From Thecamonas trahens ATCC 50062 (lineage: Eukaryota; Protista; Apusomonadida), in NCBI RefSeq assembly GCF_000142905.1, contig NW_013657627.1:233565-297564 (forward strand): DNA of 64,000 bases, written 5' to 3'. This document shows positions 31,795 through 45,201 of the stretch, piece after piece (position 1 is the stretch's first letter; every line of letters begins with the position of its first letter). The translations under genes were made by a program, and so were the position numbers. Under the pieces are notes generated by a model, which was given only the letters and a program-made list of their open reading frames with translations, had not been told where the DNA came from and did no database searches.

Positions 31795-34700
31795 ATGCGC
31801 AAAGTGGTGCTGGCGGTGGTCATGCTCGCCTTGATCTGTGGTGAGTGGTTGCTGGTGGCTGGTGATGGAACCGACATTCTGGGCGTCCAGCAGGCGCTCC
31901 GCTCCGAGACAATCATGTTCATCGATGTGGCTGATTTTAACTCTGAAGAGATCCGGTGGTTTGGTCGCGACTCGCTGTCGATCTTCCGACCGTCCGACTC
32001 GCAGCTCGTGGCGACACTCACGTCGGGCGCTACTCCGGCGTCGTACACACCGACAGAGAACGGGGCGTATCGGCTACAGCTTAACGCAGATCAAGTCGCG
32101 GGCGATGTGTGGGACGTGACCATCCACAACACGCTTCTGGTCATGGATGTTGGCGGGCGTCTCTGGTCGCGTCAGTGGTTCTTTGCGGCAGCGTCGTTTG
32201 CTGAGACCGACGCGACCGACGTCTCGATGTGGGCGGTCTTCCTCACCTCGCTTGGCAACAAGCTAGTGGAGACTCGGTTTGAGGGCCTCGCCGGGTTTGT
32301 GTACGAGCTTGGGGCGACGTCGAACGGCATTGCCACAAACACGCCGGCGTACAAGTCGTCGCCGCAGGCTGGGCATGCGATCACGCCCGAGATCCCACTC
32401 TACCTCAGGCCGCCGAACCACATCCCGCTGGCAGACACGCAACCGACGATCGAGTTTGATGACGTGCTGTACGTGACGGTCGGGTGCGGCGCGTTCACGA
32501 CCGAGTGCACGACGCTTGTCAGCGGGCAAGTCAACCCGCGGTTCCGTTTCTTCACCGACGCAGCGGGTGGCGCGTATCGGATTGTGTGCGATACCAACAG
32601 CGACGGTGTATTCAACATTGTCGACGGCTCGGACACGGTGCTGAGTGGCACGACGGTGGCTGGGGCTAACGAGGTGACGTGGGACGGGACCGACTCGTCG
32701 GGAGCATCCGTGTCGAACGGGTACTACTTGTGTGAGGTGTGGGTCTTTCTCGCGGAAATCCACTTTCCTATGGTTGACGTGGAGACCATTTACCCGGGCA
32801 TGCGTATGTTCTCGTACTTTGAAGGAGTTCCGAGGCCACAAATCATGTACTGGAACGACGATGATGTGATCAACCCACCGGCGACGCCTGTCAACATGCC
32901 GAACGGCCAGCCCGGAGACACCGATTCGGGATGTTGCGGGTTCAACTCGACGTACGACGCGACGGCGGTGGCCAATGTCAATGCTAGGGCATGGGGCAAT
33001 TTTGCGTCTGGGAGCAAGGGCGACCAGGCGATCATCAACACGTTTTCGTTTGTGGAGCGATCGATATCTGTTCCACTCAACGTCTCTGTAGGTGTGTCGG
33101 ACTCGTGCCCGCCTGCAGCAGTGTATGTGCTCAACGAGGAGGTGATGGAGGGCGATACCGGGACGGTGTCGGTGATGGTCTCGCTTGTGCTCACGTCTGT
33201 GGTGTCAGCACCGGTCGACATCGACTATGCCACGGTTGATGGCTCTGCGTCGGCGGGCAGCGACTACGTGGCAGCAGCCGGGACGGTGACGCTCGTGCCA
33301 AACACATACTGCTACTCGATCAGTGTGGACGTGAATACGGACAACGTGCTCGAGGTCGACGAGCAATTTTTCATTGACATTTCCTACAATGGTGGTGGGC
33401 CGTCGCCGGTCGAGTTCCGTCAGTCACGGGCGGTTGTCACCATTCGCAACGACGACTCGAACTGCGGGGCCACGGCGCCTGTGCCCGTCGAGTGGCCAGG
33501 CCTCCTGCTCGAGGTCTACGACGACGTGACCGGAACCGAGGTCTCGGATCTTACATCGTCGAACGCTTATCTGACGCACTCGCCCGGGTGTGTGGATCCC
33601 GAGCTCAACACGCTCGAGGCCAACCCTGCGTCGGGCGCCTGCGCAGCGACACTCGTCTCGTCGCTGAACTACGGGGTGGAGGCATCGGGCTGGCTGCGGG
33701 TGGGGCAGACCGACACGTACACGTTTGTAGTGGCGGGTGACAACTCTGTCGAGCTGTGGCTCGGGCCGGACGAGGCGTCGCTGGCGCGGGTTGCATTCAA
33801 CATCCTGCCCAACGCCGACGAGAACTCGTACAATGACGCACCGCCGCAGACAAGCAGCCCGATGGCGCTTGCCGCCAACGAGCTGCTCTTTATCCGGGTG
33901 CTATTTAAGGAGGGCGATGAAGAGAACCCTTCGGATGACTTTTTCTCTGTGGCTTGGTACGGGACAACCGTCTCGACCAATGTGGCAGTTGTTGGCAACG
34001 GCGGCTTCTACTCGGAGATGCTCTTCCACAACAACACGATCGACGTTGAGTTTGAGAGCGACGACACGTGCTGTACGTCGAGGATTGTGGAGACCGAGGT
34101 CCGCGCAGTGCGAACGGAGGCTGACCCTTGCTCTGGCCAGCTCTTTGGCAACGTGACGAACATGATTGACCTCTCACCGCGAGCCGTGAGCGTGAACGTG
34201 GACTTTGAACCCGACGAAGTGCACGAGCTCGAGTATGTGCGCGACGACCTGTTTGCCGACATTGGAGCTGTAGATGTGACTGGACAGGTGTTTGCTGGGC
34301 GTGTGCGGCACCCGCTGACGACCAAGTCGCGGATTGCATCCGGCAACGACAACGCATTTGAGCGTGCGGGAGACGGAAGGGTGTGGAACTCGTGGGGGAC
34401 GCTCCCGATCGGGACGTGGACGCTGGCGACCACGTTCGACAGCATCGGCGTCCCGCAAGGCGCAACAATCACGCGGGCGTACATCGAGGTGGAGGGTGAC
34501 AACGGGGGCGGACAAGACACGGGTACCGGGGTGGATGTTCCAATCTGGGGCCATGCCGTCGACAGTGGCAGCTCGATTCCGGAGACTGACTTTTACATTA
34601 CGAGTCTCCCGCAAACGAGTGCGACCGTGACGTGGACCGAAGTGCCAGAGTTTGTGACGAACGCGCGGTATCAGAGTGTGGACATTGCGCCGATTGTGCA

Positions 34701-37700
34701 AGAGCTTGTCTCGCGGAGCGGATGGCGCGGCGGTAACTCTATGACGATTGTGTTTGGGCTCTCGACTGGGACGTCCAACATCCGACTGGTTGAGTCTGTG
34801 AACGGAGACGCGTCTGCAGCGCCGACGCTTGTGATCGAATACCACACGGGGTTCGGCACATCTGCGAACACGGGCGCGGTGTACCTTGGTGACTACTCGG
34901 ACACAGCGGTGGGGACGGTCAACTCGCTCTCTGGTGGCTTCCGGCTCAACTTTGTGCTTGCAGCCGCCGGCAGCTACACGTTCTCTGTGCGGCACTCTGT
35001 GGTGGCGAACCGGCTCGATGCCGGCAGCGAGCGTGTCAGCGCACTGCTCCGGGTCAACAACGTGTACTTTGGAAACGGCGTTGGCACGGAAGGAGTGCAG
35101 GTGCTCGAAGAGTTGACGGCGTCTGGAGTGTCCACGCCGACGACGTCGAGCTTTACGCTCTCGCTCCCAGCCGGGGCGAGCGAGATTGTGTTTGGTGGGT
35201 ATCTCTCGCGGCGAAGCGGGGTGCGCGACTACGCAGCTGTGTTCTTTGATGATATGGTGCTGAGTACGACCGATTTTGTCAGCTCGTGCTCAACGGCCAA
35301 TCTTGAGTACAGCTACGAGTGGTGGGCACCATCATGCTCACTTACCGCGCCGTGCTCCACGACGCAGCTCTCTTCTGGCCTGTGTGATCCGGAGATCCGG
35401 CTGTTTGCGCAGAACGAGGTCTGCTGTCTCGAAGTCAACGTGGCTCTACCCAAGGAGATTCCCCCTCTCAGCTTTAACGTCAGTGATGTGGCCGCGAGCG
35501 AGCCGAGCTCGGGCTTTGTCGACTATATCGTGGCGCTCTCGCTTGGATTCGACGCCGAGATCGAAATCGTGGCCGTGCTCGAGACAGTCAATGGGACAGC
35601 TCTGTCTGGATTTGACTTTGCGCTTGTGACCCCAACTGTGGTGTTCCCCGTGGGGACCGAGACGGCCAATGCAGTTGTGCGTGTTTATCAGGATGGCGTG
35701 TACGAGGGTCACGCAGAGTCAGCGCCACCCGAGACGTTTGTCGTCCGGGTGGCGAGCATAACGGATGGGGTGACAGTTGCGGGTGTGACTCTCACAACCG
35801 TGAGCATTACCGATACCACACCACCACCAGCACCTCCGCCGCCGCCGAGCCCGCCCCCACCGAGTCCACCACCGCCGCCGAGTCCGCCGCCGCCGAGTCC
35901 TCCTCCGCCTAGTCCTCCTCCTCCGCCGCCTAGCCCCCCACCGCCGCCGCCGAGTCCTCCTCCTCCGAGTCCTCCGCCGCCGCCGAGTCCTCCTCCCCCG
36001 AGTCTGCCTNNNNNNNNNNNNNNNNNNNNNNNNNNNNNNNNNNNNNNNNNNNNNNNNNNNNNNNNNNNNNNNNNNNNNNNNNNNNNNNNNNNNNNNNNNN
36101 NNNNNNNNNACCGCCGCCACCGAGTCTGCCTCCTCCGAGCCCCCCACCGCCGCCACCGAGTCTGCCTCCTCCGAGTCCTCCTCCGCCGCCGCCGAGTCCG
36201 CCTCCGCCGCCGAGTCCGCCTCCTCCGAGTCCGCCTCCGCCACCGCCGAGCCCGCCTCCTCCGAGTCCGGCTCCGCCGCCACCGAGTCCGCCTCCTCCGA
36301 GTCCGCCTCCGCCGCCACCGAGTCCGCCTCCTCCGAGTCCGCCTCCGCCTCCGCCGAGTCCGCCTCCTCCGAGCCCGCCTCCGCCGCCACCGAGCCCTCC
36401 TCCTCCGAGCCCGCCTCCGCCGCCACCGAGCCCTCCTCCTCCGAGTCCGCCTCCACCGCCGCCGAGTCCTCCTCCTCCGAGTCCGCCTCCACCACCACCG
36501 CCGCCGAGCCCGCCTCCTCCGAGTCCGCCGCCTCCGCCGCCGAGCCCTCCTCCACCAAGTCCGCTACCACCGCCACCAAGCCCGCCGCTGCCGCCCCCGA
36601 GTCCACCACCGCTATCCCCACCGGTGGTTGTTATGGCCTCGGCCGCTGTCATGGCTTCCGAGCCGACGTCGGGCTCGGCGCTCGTTCCGGTTACCATCTT
36701 CCTCTCGGCCCCGTCGCCATCTGCCATATCTGTCACCCTCACAACCTCGGTTCCGCCAGGCTCTCTGGCTACAAGCAATGTTGATTTTGACCTCGTCTCG
36801 TCGCCCATCGTTATCCCGGCCGGTGCCACCTCGGTTGTCTTCAACGCCGTCGTCCACGCTGATGCCTGGTACGACGGTGGCGAGACGTTTGCCGTCACGA
36901 TCACCAGCATCGCTGGCTCGGCCGTCATCGGTCCCGTGGCCGCTACCGTGGTCACCATTGACGACTCGGGCCCGCCGCCCACCCTGCAAGCTCGTGCCCC
37001 TGCGGCGTCGCCCACCTCTGCCTTGGTCCTTACTACCGCTGAAGGCGATCGTGGCAATACGACGCTTATTGGCTTCGAGCTGGTAGTCTCACGCCCATCG
37101 GAGCACGCGACACCCATCATCATTACTTCACGCGATGTCGCCTTCCCGGCCACGCGCGACGTCGACTTTCGCCTGTTGGACGCTGCCTCGGGTGCCGGTC
37201 TCTCGTCCATCCCGCCCGCCGCCGTCTCCCACAACGTCACCGTGGCGGTCATCGGCGACTTGGACTACGAGACAGACGAACTTGTCGCCATCAGCTTTGC
37301 GACCCTCCCGCTGCCTGCGCCTCCGTCGCTCAACGTCACACTCACCATCATCAATGATGACACCCGCCCGGTCTTGTCGTGGGCTGCCCGTGAGGTCGCG
37401 GTCGCTGAGGGGTCTGATCCGGCCAGCCTGCGCGGCTCCGTCGCCAATCTCACACTTGTCCTCTCGGCGCCCTCGTACGAGCATGTAAGCGTCGGCGTCG
37501 GCGTCGTCCTCGGTCGTGACGGCGACCCCGCCGTCGCCTCTGTTTCCGACATCTTCGGCCTGGCCATCAGTCCACTCGGCACGCCTCTCCTCACCCATGC
37601 CTTCTCCTTTTATCCGGGTACCACCCAGGTTGCCGTCCAGCTCTTTGTGGTCGGCGACGTCGAGGTCGAGGACGATGAAGTCGTCAGCATCGAGATTCGC

Positions 37701-39519
37701 CCGGCCTCGATAACCAACGCTCTGCTCGACGACGACGCCCGCTGGTGCGCCGTCACCATCGTCAACGACGATGAAGACTCTCAGCTCTCCGTTGACGGCA
37801 TCCAGCGCCGCGTCGGTAACTGGTGGTGGATCTTTGTCCTCGCCATGATCCTGCTCGCCCTCTGCTGCTGCTGCTGTCTTTTCTTCCTCTGCTGCCTCCG
37901 AGAGGCTGTTGATGACGAAGTCTTTATCGTTGACGCCAAGCGCTCGTCGACCTCCGAGTCCTCTTCCGCGTCCTCGACTTCTTCTGCGCTAGACTCGTCT
38001 ACCGCGCCTTCGTCCGAAAGTGGCGGTACTGCTATGCCAGCAGCGCTCCCGCCGCTGCCCATCGCGCCGCTCCCACAGCTTTCGACCCTCCCGGCTTCGT
38101 TTGCCGAACAAATCAAGCTGCCGACGCCTGCCGTGATGCAGGGCAAGCAGACTGTAGTCAGTGGCCCAAGCGCCGAAGAGCCATCCCGCCGCCCCCGTCG
38201 TCTGGGCGCACCTCGCGCTTGTCGTCAGCCTCGTCACGAAAGGCTTCGCTCCGCCTGCCCTCCCTCCCAGGCATGCCGCCGCTGCCAGACAGTGTCACCG
38301 CGCTCGACCCAGCACCCAGCACGATAACCGCCAAGCTGATTGCTCAGGCCAAGACGCGCAACCAGCTGCCGCCCATCCCTGGCCTGTCCGCTGTTGACAC
38401 GCCGCACGACGTCTCGGTCGTCTCGACCTCGGCCTTTGAGGCCGACGCAGGAGCCCCATCGGCGTCGTCGTCGGTGATTGGCTCGGTCTCATTCGGTTCC
38501 GAGGCGGACATGCGGTCGGCCGCCGCCCTGCGCGCCGCTAACCTCTCGCTCGACTCGCTGCTCTCTGGCGACGCCGACGACGCCGATGGCAGTAGCTCGA
38601 TCTCCATCTCGTCGCCAGACTCGCCAGCTTCCCCCGGTCGGCCTTGCCTGACGCCGCAGGCTTCTCGTCGGCCTCGTCGGCGCCGTCATTGGCGGCGTCT
38701 TCCTCGTCCGCATCTGCCCGCCGTTCACCCGGCCGCCGCCGCTCCATCGGCCGTCGCAACAGCATCACACAGCGCTCGACGCGCACTGGCCGCTCGATAG
38801 ACCTTGGGCCTAAGCGGAGCAAGGCGTCGGTCGCTGGCCGCAAGGCGCTGCCGCCCATGCCGCCTGCGCCCGCAGCGTCGCAAACCACCATCCTCGACGC
38901 CACCCACAACGCCACCGTAGTCGAGACCGAATCGAACTCGAGTGGAGAGTCTTCGTCGCTCAAGGACAGTGCTTCCGACGACGACCTCGCTCTGCCGTCG
39001 TGCTCTGACTCGGACGGCCCCGCGCCGGTCAAGTCGGGCGTCGACGTGACGCTCGAGTCGTTGTCCAAGCTGCTCGACTCACCGTCGTCGGAGATCCTCA
39101 GTCGCTCGCCTGCCCGCTCGCCCATGCATCGCGAGGTGCTCCGGGCACGGGCATCACGGCTTGCGGCTGGGCTTTCGCTGCCGAGTCCTAAGGGCGGCAC
39201 CAAGCCGAAGCCAATTCTCCCGCCCATGCCCTCGCTGCCCGGAAGCGCCCAGTCCTCACCAGTGCTTGCCCTCGAGGCCACACTTGCCAGTGGCAACGAT
39301 GGTGGCGAAGCCTCTGATGCCGGCGCCCCGTCGTTGCCCGACTCGCCGAGCCGACGTCGCGGCGGCAACAGACTCGCGGCCTCGGGCTCGACCGAGGTCA
39401 CCCAGCTCGGGCTCGGGATCTCCGGCCCTCGCCGCGGCCGTCCCTCGCTTACCATGCCGCCCCTGGCAGGCGCCGGCGGCTCTTCGCCGATCCTGCCGTC
39501 AACGGACAACAGACAGTAG
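31795..39519 (+). CDS. Giant type I surface protein: bacterial-type N-terminal domain, Calx-beta repeats, PA14, extensin-like SPPPP stalk, TM, Cys string, long Ser/Pro tail; spans an assembly gap and two -1 frameshifts
   Basis: Signal MRKVVLAVVMLALICG; FlgD-Ig-like NEVTWDGTDSSG; Calx-beta (VDIDYATVDGSASAGSDY...DNVLEVDEQFFI...VTIRNDD, repeated); PA14 (NYGVEASGWL...YTFVVAGDNSVELWL); TM WWWIFVLAMILLALCCCCCLFFLCC. ORFs 31726, 36624, 38219 and 38644 join across the N gap and by single-C insertions at about 38166 and 38633. Confidence 0.8.
35821..36615 (+). repeat. Coding Ser-Pro(3-6) tandem repeat containing a 100-N assembly gap (36010..36109)
   Basis: CCGAGTCCGCCTCCT-type units on both sides of the gap. 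Confidence 0.95.
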
Positions 39520-39546
39520 CTGACGTTTATTTGTGTAGCCGAAGCA

Positions 39547-40904
39547 TCAGCGGACAACGTCAAAGGTGGCAACCAGGCCAAAGTGGTCCGAGCAAAAGAT
39601 GGGCTTGCTGGCAGCGTCGTAGCCGAACGGCTTCATGCCGATGCGAACCATGTCGATGAGGACAATCGATGGTCGCGGGCTAGCAGTCGGCTTGGCCCTG
39701 CGCGAGGGGCGGAAGAGCACACGATCGTAGCGGGTCTTAAAGTCACGGATAAAGGCACAGGTGGCATACGGGTTGATGGCAGCGTCCATGGTGGCGCCCG
39801 CGGCGTGGGCACGACCGAGCTCAGTCCATGCATCAGCCCACGCCCACCCGTTCCCGGTCGGCAGCGGAAGGCCCTCGCGCTTGCGCAGGTTGAGATCGCC
39901 GACAAGAATGGCTGCGTCGGCACCAGACTTGGGCGGCGAGAGGAGCTTGAGGCATGCTCCGAGCTGCGCCACCCGTGTCGTTGCAGCTTGCGAGCCAGAC
40001 TCGAGGTGCGAGGTGGCAAAGGCGAGCCGGAGCGGGCCGCCGCAACCTGGCGCCTCGATCTCCACCGACGCCACCACCACGTCGCGCGCCATGCACGAGT
40101 TGGCAAAACCGATGCGCTGGACCTGGAGCGGGGCGATGCGGAGAGCAACGAGGGTAAAGTAAGGCACATCCGCCGGCTGCTCTGTCACGTTGTAGTCGAC
40201 TGCCCACGGAAGCGCGAGCAGAAGCTCGCGCGAGGTCGGCGTCACCTCCTGCAGCGCCACCAGTGTTGGCTTCCGCGCCTGGATCTCCCTCCCGATCGCC
40301 ACCATCCGCCGCGCCATCTCGATAGGCTCGAACCACACGTTCCACGTCAGTACCGTGAACCGTCCGCCCACCTCGTCCTCGCCCTCTGCATCACTCTCGT
40401 CCACAGGCGTGCCGTCCAGCCGCCGCTGCCTTTTCAGCGCTCTCTCCTCTGCCACCTCTCCGCTTGCCAATCCGCCAGCCAATCCGCTCCTCTTGCTCGC
40501 CCGTCTTTCCGCAGCCGCAGCAGCCGCAGCGGCCGCCGTCATCCCGCCTTGTGCACCCTGTCCGACCAGCGATCCATCCGCTCGCCGCTTGACGCCACCC
40601 CCAGCAACAGCCACAGAGCTCGAGGCATGCCGAGCCGGAGACGAGGTGGCTGTGGACGATGGAGTGATATCTCTGGTAGATGCTCCGGCGTTGTTCTCGG
40701 CGTTGCTTCCTAGATTGGACTCGGTATCGGAATCGCCCGTCAGATCAATGGCGCCAATGCTCGTCGCGCGGCCCGGCTTTGTCGCAGCAGGTGACCGTGC
40801 CGGCGAGCTGGCAGGAGGTGGCTCGCCGCAGACAGCCGCATGAGTTTGTATGAGGGATGGTGGGTAAGGTTCGCCGCAGAGCGGGCAGTCGATGTTTCGG
40901 ACAT
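39547..40904 (-). CDS. TDP2: Tyrosyl-DNA phosphodiesterase 2-like EEP nuclease with N-terminal UBZ zinc finger and SIM-like motif
   Basis: LTWNVWF, RMVAIG, ALQEVT, SCMARDV, ATSHLES, GDLNLR, DAW, RYDRVLF, SDHFGL; CPLC...HAAVC; AIDLT. The likely ATG at 40904 needs one extra A (MSENIDCPLC). Confidence 0.85.
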
Positions 40905-41140
40905 GAGATGGGTGAGGTTGCCTCTCCGCAGACGCCCACACATTTTTCTAGAAGGCTGATTTAAGGTTTCCCCCAACTCCGGCCAGGAAAAGCCTTTAGC
41001 CATAAGATGCTCAGCCCCTTACGGGGGGAGGGGGGGGGGGGGGGGGGGTCGCGTCACTGGCTGCGAGTCGCAGTCGGTCAGTCAACCGGAGAGTCGGCCG
41101 GTCGGATGGGTTTAGTTTGAGGATGGACGAGTGTGAGCGG

Positions 41141-44100
41141 CTAGGTTGAGGAGCCGGCGGCAGCGAGATCGTGCTGGTAGCGGAGGAGGGCAGCTTCCTC
41201 ACGGACGGTGGTGAGCCAAAAGTCTTTTTCGGCGGCCGAGTCTGCACGCATGATGTAGGTCCTGGTCGGGGTGATGATCTGGAAGGCAAAGTCGAACTTG
41301 CGGTGCTCAAATGAGCCGTTGGCGTAGGCGTCGACTAGAGGAATGCGGCCCTTGGCAAGATTGATGAACTCGCGGGAGCCTGGGCGGGCGGTGGGCGGCT
41401 TGACAAAGTAGTAGAGGAAGCCGCCCGAGAGGAGCATGAACCGCTTCTTCCAGTTCCGCCGCTTCCCACCCTTCTTCCACACAAAGCCGCCGGCCTTGGA
41501 GACGGCGACTACGGGCTTGGGTGGAAGGAGGTTGCGCTCCGAGGCAAAAGCCGCGAGAAGGACTGCGACGGTCTGCGGAGTGGGCTCGATCCCGGTCGAG
41601 TGCAGGGAAAGGTCGATGGGCTCATTGTGGAAAGCAAAGCGCCACGGTTTGGCGAGCATGGTGAGCTCGACCTTGGAGAGGACGGCGACGAGTTGGAAGG
41701 TGTGCTCGCCGCGGACGACGGTGACCTTGCCGAACGAGTTGCGGGCGATGGCACCGTTGCGCTCGCAGGACGAGTACTGCTTGATGAGGTCGGGACCCTT
41801 GTGGTCGGTCGACTCGAAGATGTGCGCCTGGAGCGACGAGACTTCACCAAAGGTGAGCGACGGGGCCGTGATGCCCTCGGCCGGCACATCGAGCGGAGCG
41901 ACGTAGGCGACGAGCATGACGTGTGCAACCCGGACGTTAAGGGCGTCGAGCTTGAGGTGGAGGACCTGCGGGCAGATGGTTTCGTTGTCGTCGCCTGTGA
42001 CAAGCGCGAGGCCGTCGTCGAGCTCGCTGGCTGCGCCGAGGCCGACGACATCGATGACCTTGTGCTGGGCGTCGAGGCCAACGGCGGCGAGAACAAGCTG
42101 CGCTGCCGACGCGGCCAACCGGCTCCCGTCAGCGAGGTCCCACGAAAGGCCGACGCAGTGCGGACGGAGGTGTGAGATCTCAACCGGCTCGTTGGTGAGC
42201 ATGGCGGTGGTAGCGCGACGGCGGCGCGAAGGGCCGGCAGAAGACGATCGGTGCAGGTACGGCGCGTCTGACGGGGGCGACTCAAAGAGCAAGCTCATCG
42301 AGCCGTCGTCAGTGGTGAAGCCGAGTGGGCCAGCCGATGCTGTCGACGCTGTCGAGGCTGTCGAGGCCGTCCGCGAACGTGATTCAGGCACAGAGCCCGA
42401 GTTTGAGCCGTCCAGCTGAGCCTGGCGGGCGCGAACCGGTCCGGTGGCGTTGATGGCGCGGAGGAAGGAGACCGGAAGCTGGGCGAGAACGTCATCGCTG
42501 TCGTCGTCATCGACGGCGAGCGGGACGATCGAGGCCACAAGCGCGTCGTCGAGCGAGAGAATCAAATGTTCGGTGACGTCACCGGCAACTATGACCTGGA
42601 CAAGGTAGCGGCCAGGCCGAGCCGACGTGACGCGGACAAAAAACTGGCCGTCGGGGTCGGCTTCGACCACGGCGGTGGCCGAGGCTGAGAGACCTACAGG
42701 CGGTGTTTCCTGCGTCAGGCGGACCGAGACAAGGTGAGGTGAGGGGTCAGCGGCATCGTCGGCAAAGGTGATGCCAATTGAGACTTCAGCGAGGTCGAGC
42801 TCGGCCGAGGGCGGCTGTTCGAGCAGTTGCGACAAGGTCCCCTTACGAGTCGGGCGCTCGGCCGGAAGCGAAAGCGTCGCGGGCGACGTGGCAGGCTCGG
42901 CCTCAGGCAGCTCGGTGCTATCGAGGGTGAGCGAGTCGTACGGCAAGAGAGCTGTGCCGTCTGCAGTCTGGCGAAGGAGCGCCTCCTCGGTGTCTTCGCA
43001 TTGAGAGTCAAAGAGGGACGAGCGGCGCGATGAGACGAAGCGCGGCGAGTCGAGCGTTGAGAGCGGCTTGTCGGAGAAGAACTCGAGGTAGTTGGACGGA
43101 ACGTAGCCAACTTGGCCGTCGCGCTCGGCCACAAACCAGCCAGGTGATGGTGTCTCGAGGATGAGCAGTGTGTCGCCGGCTGCAAACGGCAGCTCGTCGT
43201 CGTCCTCGCCCTCAAAGGCGAAGAGGGTACGGGCAAAGGCACCGGCACGCAGCTCGCCGGCAACGATAGAGAGGCGCGACGAGCGGCGGGACGACGGTGA
43301 CTGCGACTCGGCCGAGGCGAGGTCGGCGAGCGAGTCAGGCAGGTCGACAATGAGCGTCTTGCGTGCCTCCTCGCGCGCCGGATTCTTGTTGCCGCGGTTG
43401 AGCAGGCGCTGGGCAACAGGGATTGGGGCGCGGGCAGCAGCCGGGGTGGGCGCTGGAACAGCCTCGCGCATCGGGTCCGATGGCAGGCTCGCCGAGTACA
43501 CGCCCGAGTCCGAGTCCGAATCAGAATATGAGTCGGAATAGTTTCGGTAGGCATTGGCAACGTTGCTGATGGGGATCGCACTCGCGTCGGAAGCAGCCTC
43601 AGTAGCTGCGTCCTGTGCGGGGTCCTCGGATTGGGTGGCGGTGGGTGGAGGTGGGTTGGATGCCTCGTGCTCGGATGCTGTAGCTGTTGCTGCTGCTGCG
43701 CTGTGCTCAGCCGCCTCGGTCACTTCAACCGTCTCGGCCGCCTCACGCTCAACTGCTGCTGTGGCCTCGGCTGCCTCAGCTGCCTGACGCTCGGCGGCTT
43801 CGGCTGCTTCGCGCTCGGCTGCCTCAGCTGCCTCACGCTCAACTGCTGCTGCGGCCTCGACTGCCTCGCGTTCGGCTGCCTCAGCTGCCTCACGCTCGGC
43901 GGATTCAGCTGCCTGACGCTCGGCGGCTTCGGCTGCCTCACGCTCGGCTGCCTCAGCTGCCTCACGCTCAACTGCTGCTGCGGCTTCGGCTGCCTCAGCT
44001 GCCTCACGCTCGGCGGCCTCGGCTGCCTCAGCTGTCTCACGCTCGGCGGCTTCGGCTGCCTCAGCTGCCTCACGCTCGGCGGATTCAGCTGCCTCACGCT

Positions 44101-45137
44101 CGGCGGCTTCGGCTGCCTCACGCTCGGCTGCCTTGGCTGCCTCACGCTCGGCTGCCTCAGCTGCCTCACGCTCGACTGCTGCTGCGGCCTCGGCTGCCTT
44201 GGCTGCCTCACGCTCGGCGGCTTCGGCTGCCTCACGCTCGGCTGCCTCAGCTGCCTCGCGCTCAACTGCTGCTGCGGCCTCGGCTGCCTCAGCTGCCTCA
44301 CGCTCGGCGGCTTCGGCTGCCTCAGCTGCCTCACGCTCGGCGGATTCAGCTGCCTCACGCTCGGCGGATTCAGCTGCCTCACGCTCGGCGGATTCAGCTG
44401 CCTCACGCTCGGCCTCCTTGGCTGCCTCACGCTCGGCATGCACCGCCGCAACGCGCTCGGAAAAGTCCTTGTAGAACTGCGCAACGTAGGTGAAAAGCGA
44501 GGGAATGTCCGGCTCGCGCGAAGAGAGCAGCTCTGCCGCGATGAGCGGCTCAACCCCGAGCGCATCATGCGCAAGGTCGAGCGCAGCACGGTTCAGCTCA
44601 ATCCCCGGCTCGTGGCACGATGCGTTAAAGGCTTCGATCCGCGTCTGCGCCTCACCGCCCGCCACAGGCGCCAGGGCACGAATGAGCTGCACAAGCAGTT
44701 CGCCAGAGCTAAAGCCCAACAGAGACGCCGTCTCGTCGCCAGTGACTATCCGGATCCATCGTGTGAGCTCGGCCTGCGCCTTACCGCGCCACGACTTGCC
44801 AACCGAGTACGACTGAATAAGGTTCCAGATGAGACCAAGAATGACGACCTTGCGCCCTGAACAGAGCGAGTTTGGATCGATGGAGCCCAAGGCGACGCCG
44901 TCGGCCTGAAACACGGCCAGAGCCACGCCAATGTTATCGATTTTCTGCGCCATCAGCTTCGGCGTCTTCTTCACCGATCTCGGCGGGGACCAACCCGTCA
45001 ACGCCGAGGCCAATTCGACCAAAACCGATGCAAACTCTGAATACAAGTCATTGACCTCGACCTGATGCCCGTCCCGCTGCAGCACCACATTGACCCAGGC
45101 TCCGAACGTCTGTCCCGCGCAGTATGCCCGCCACACA

Positions 45138-45201
<64 letters not shown>

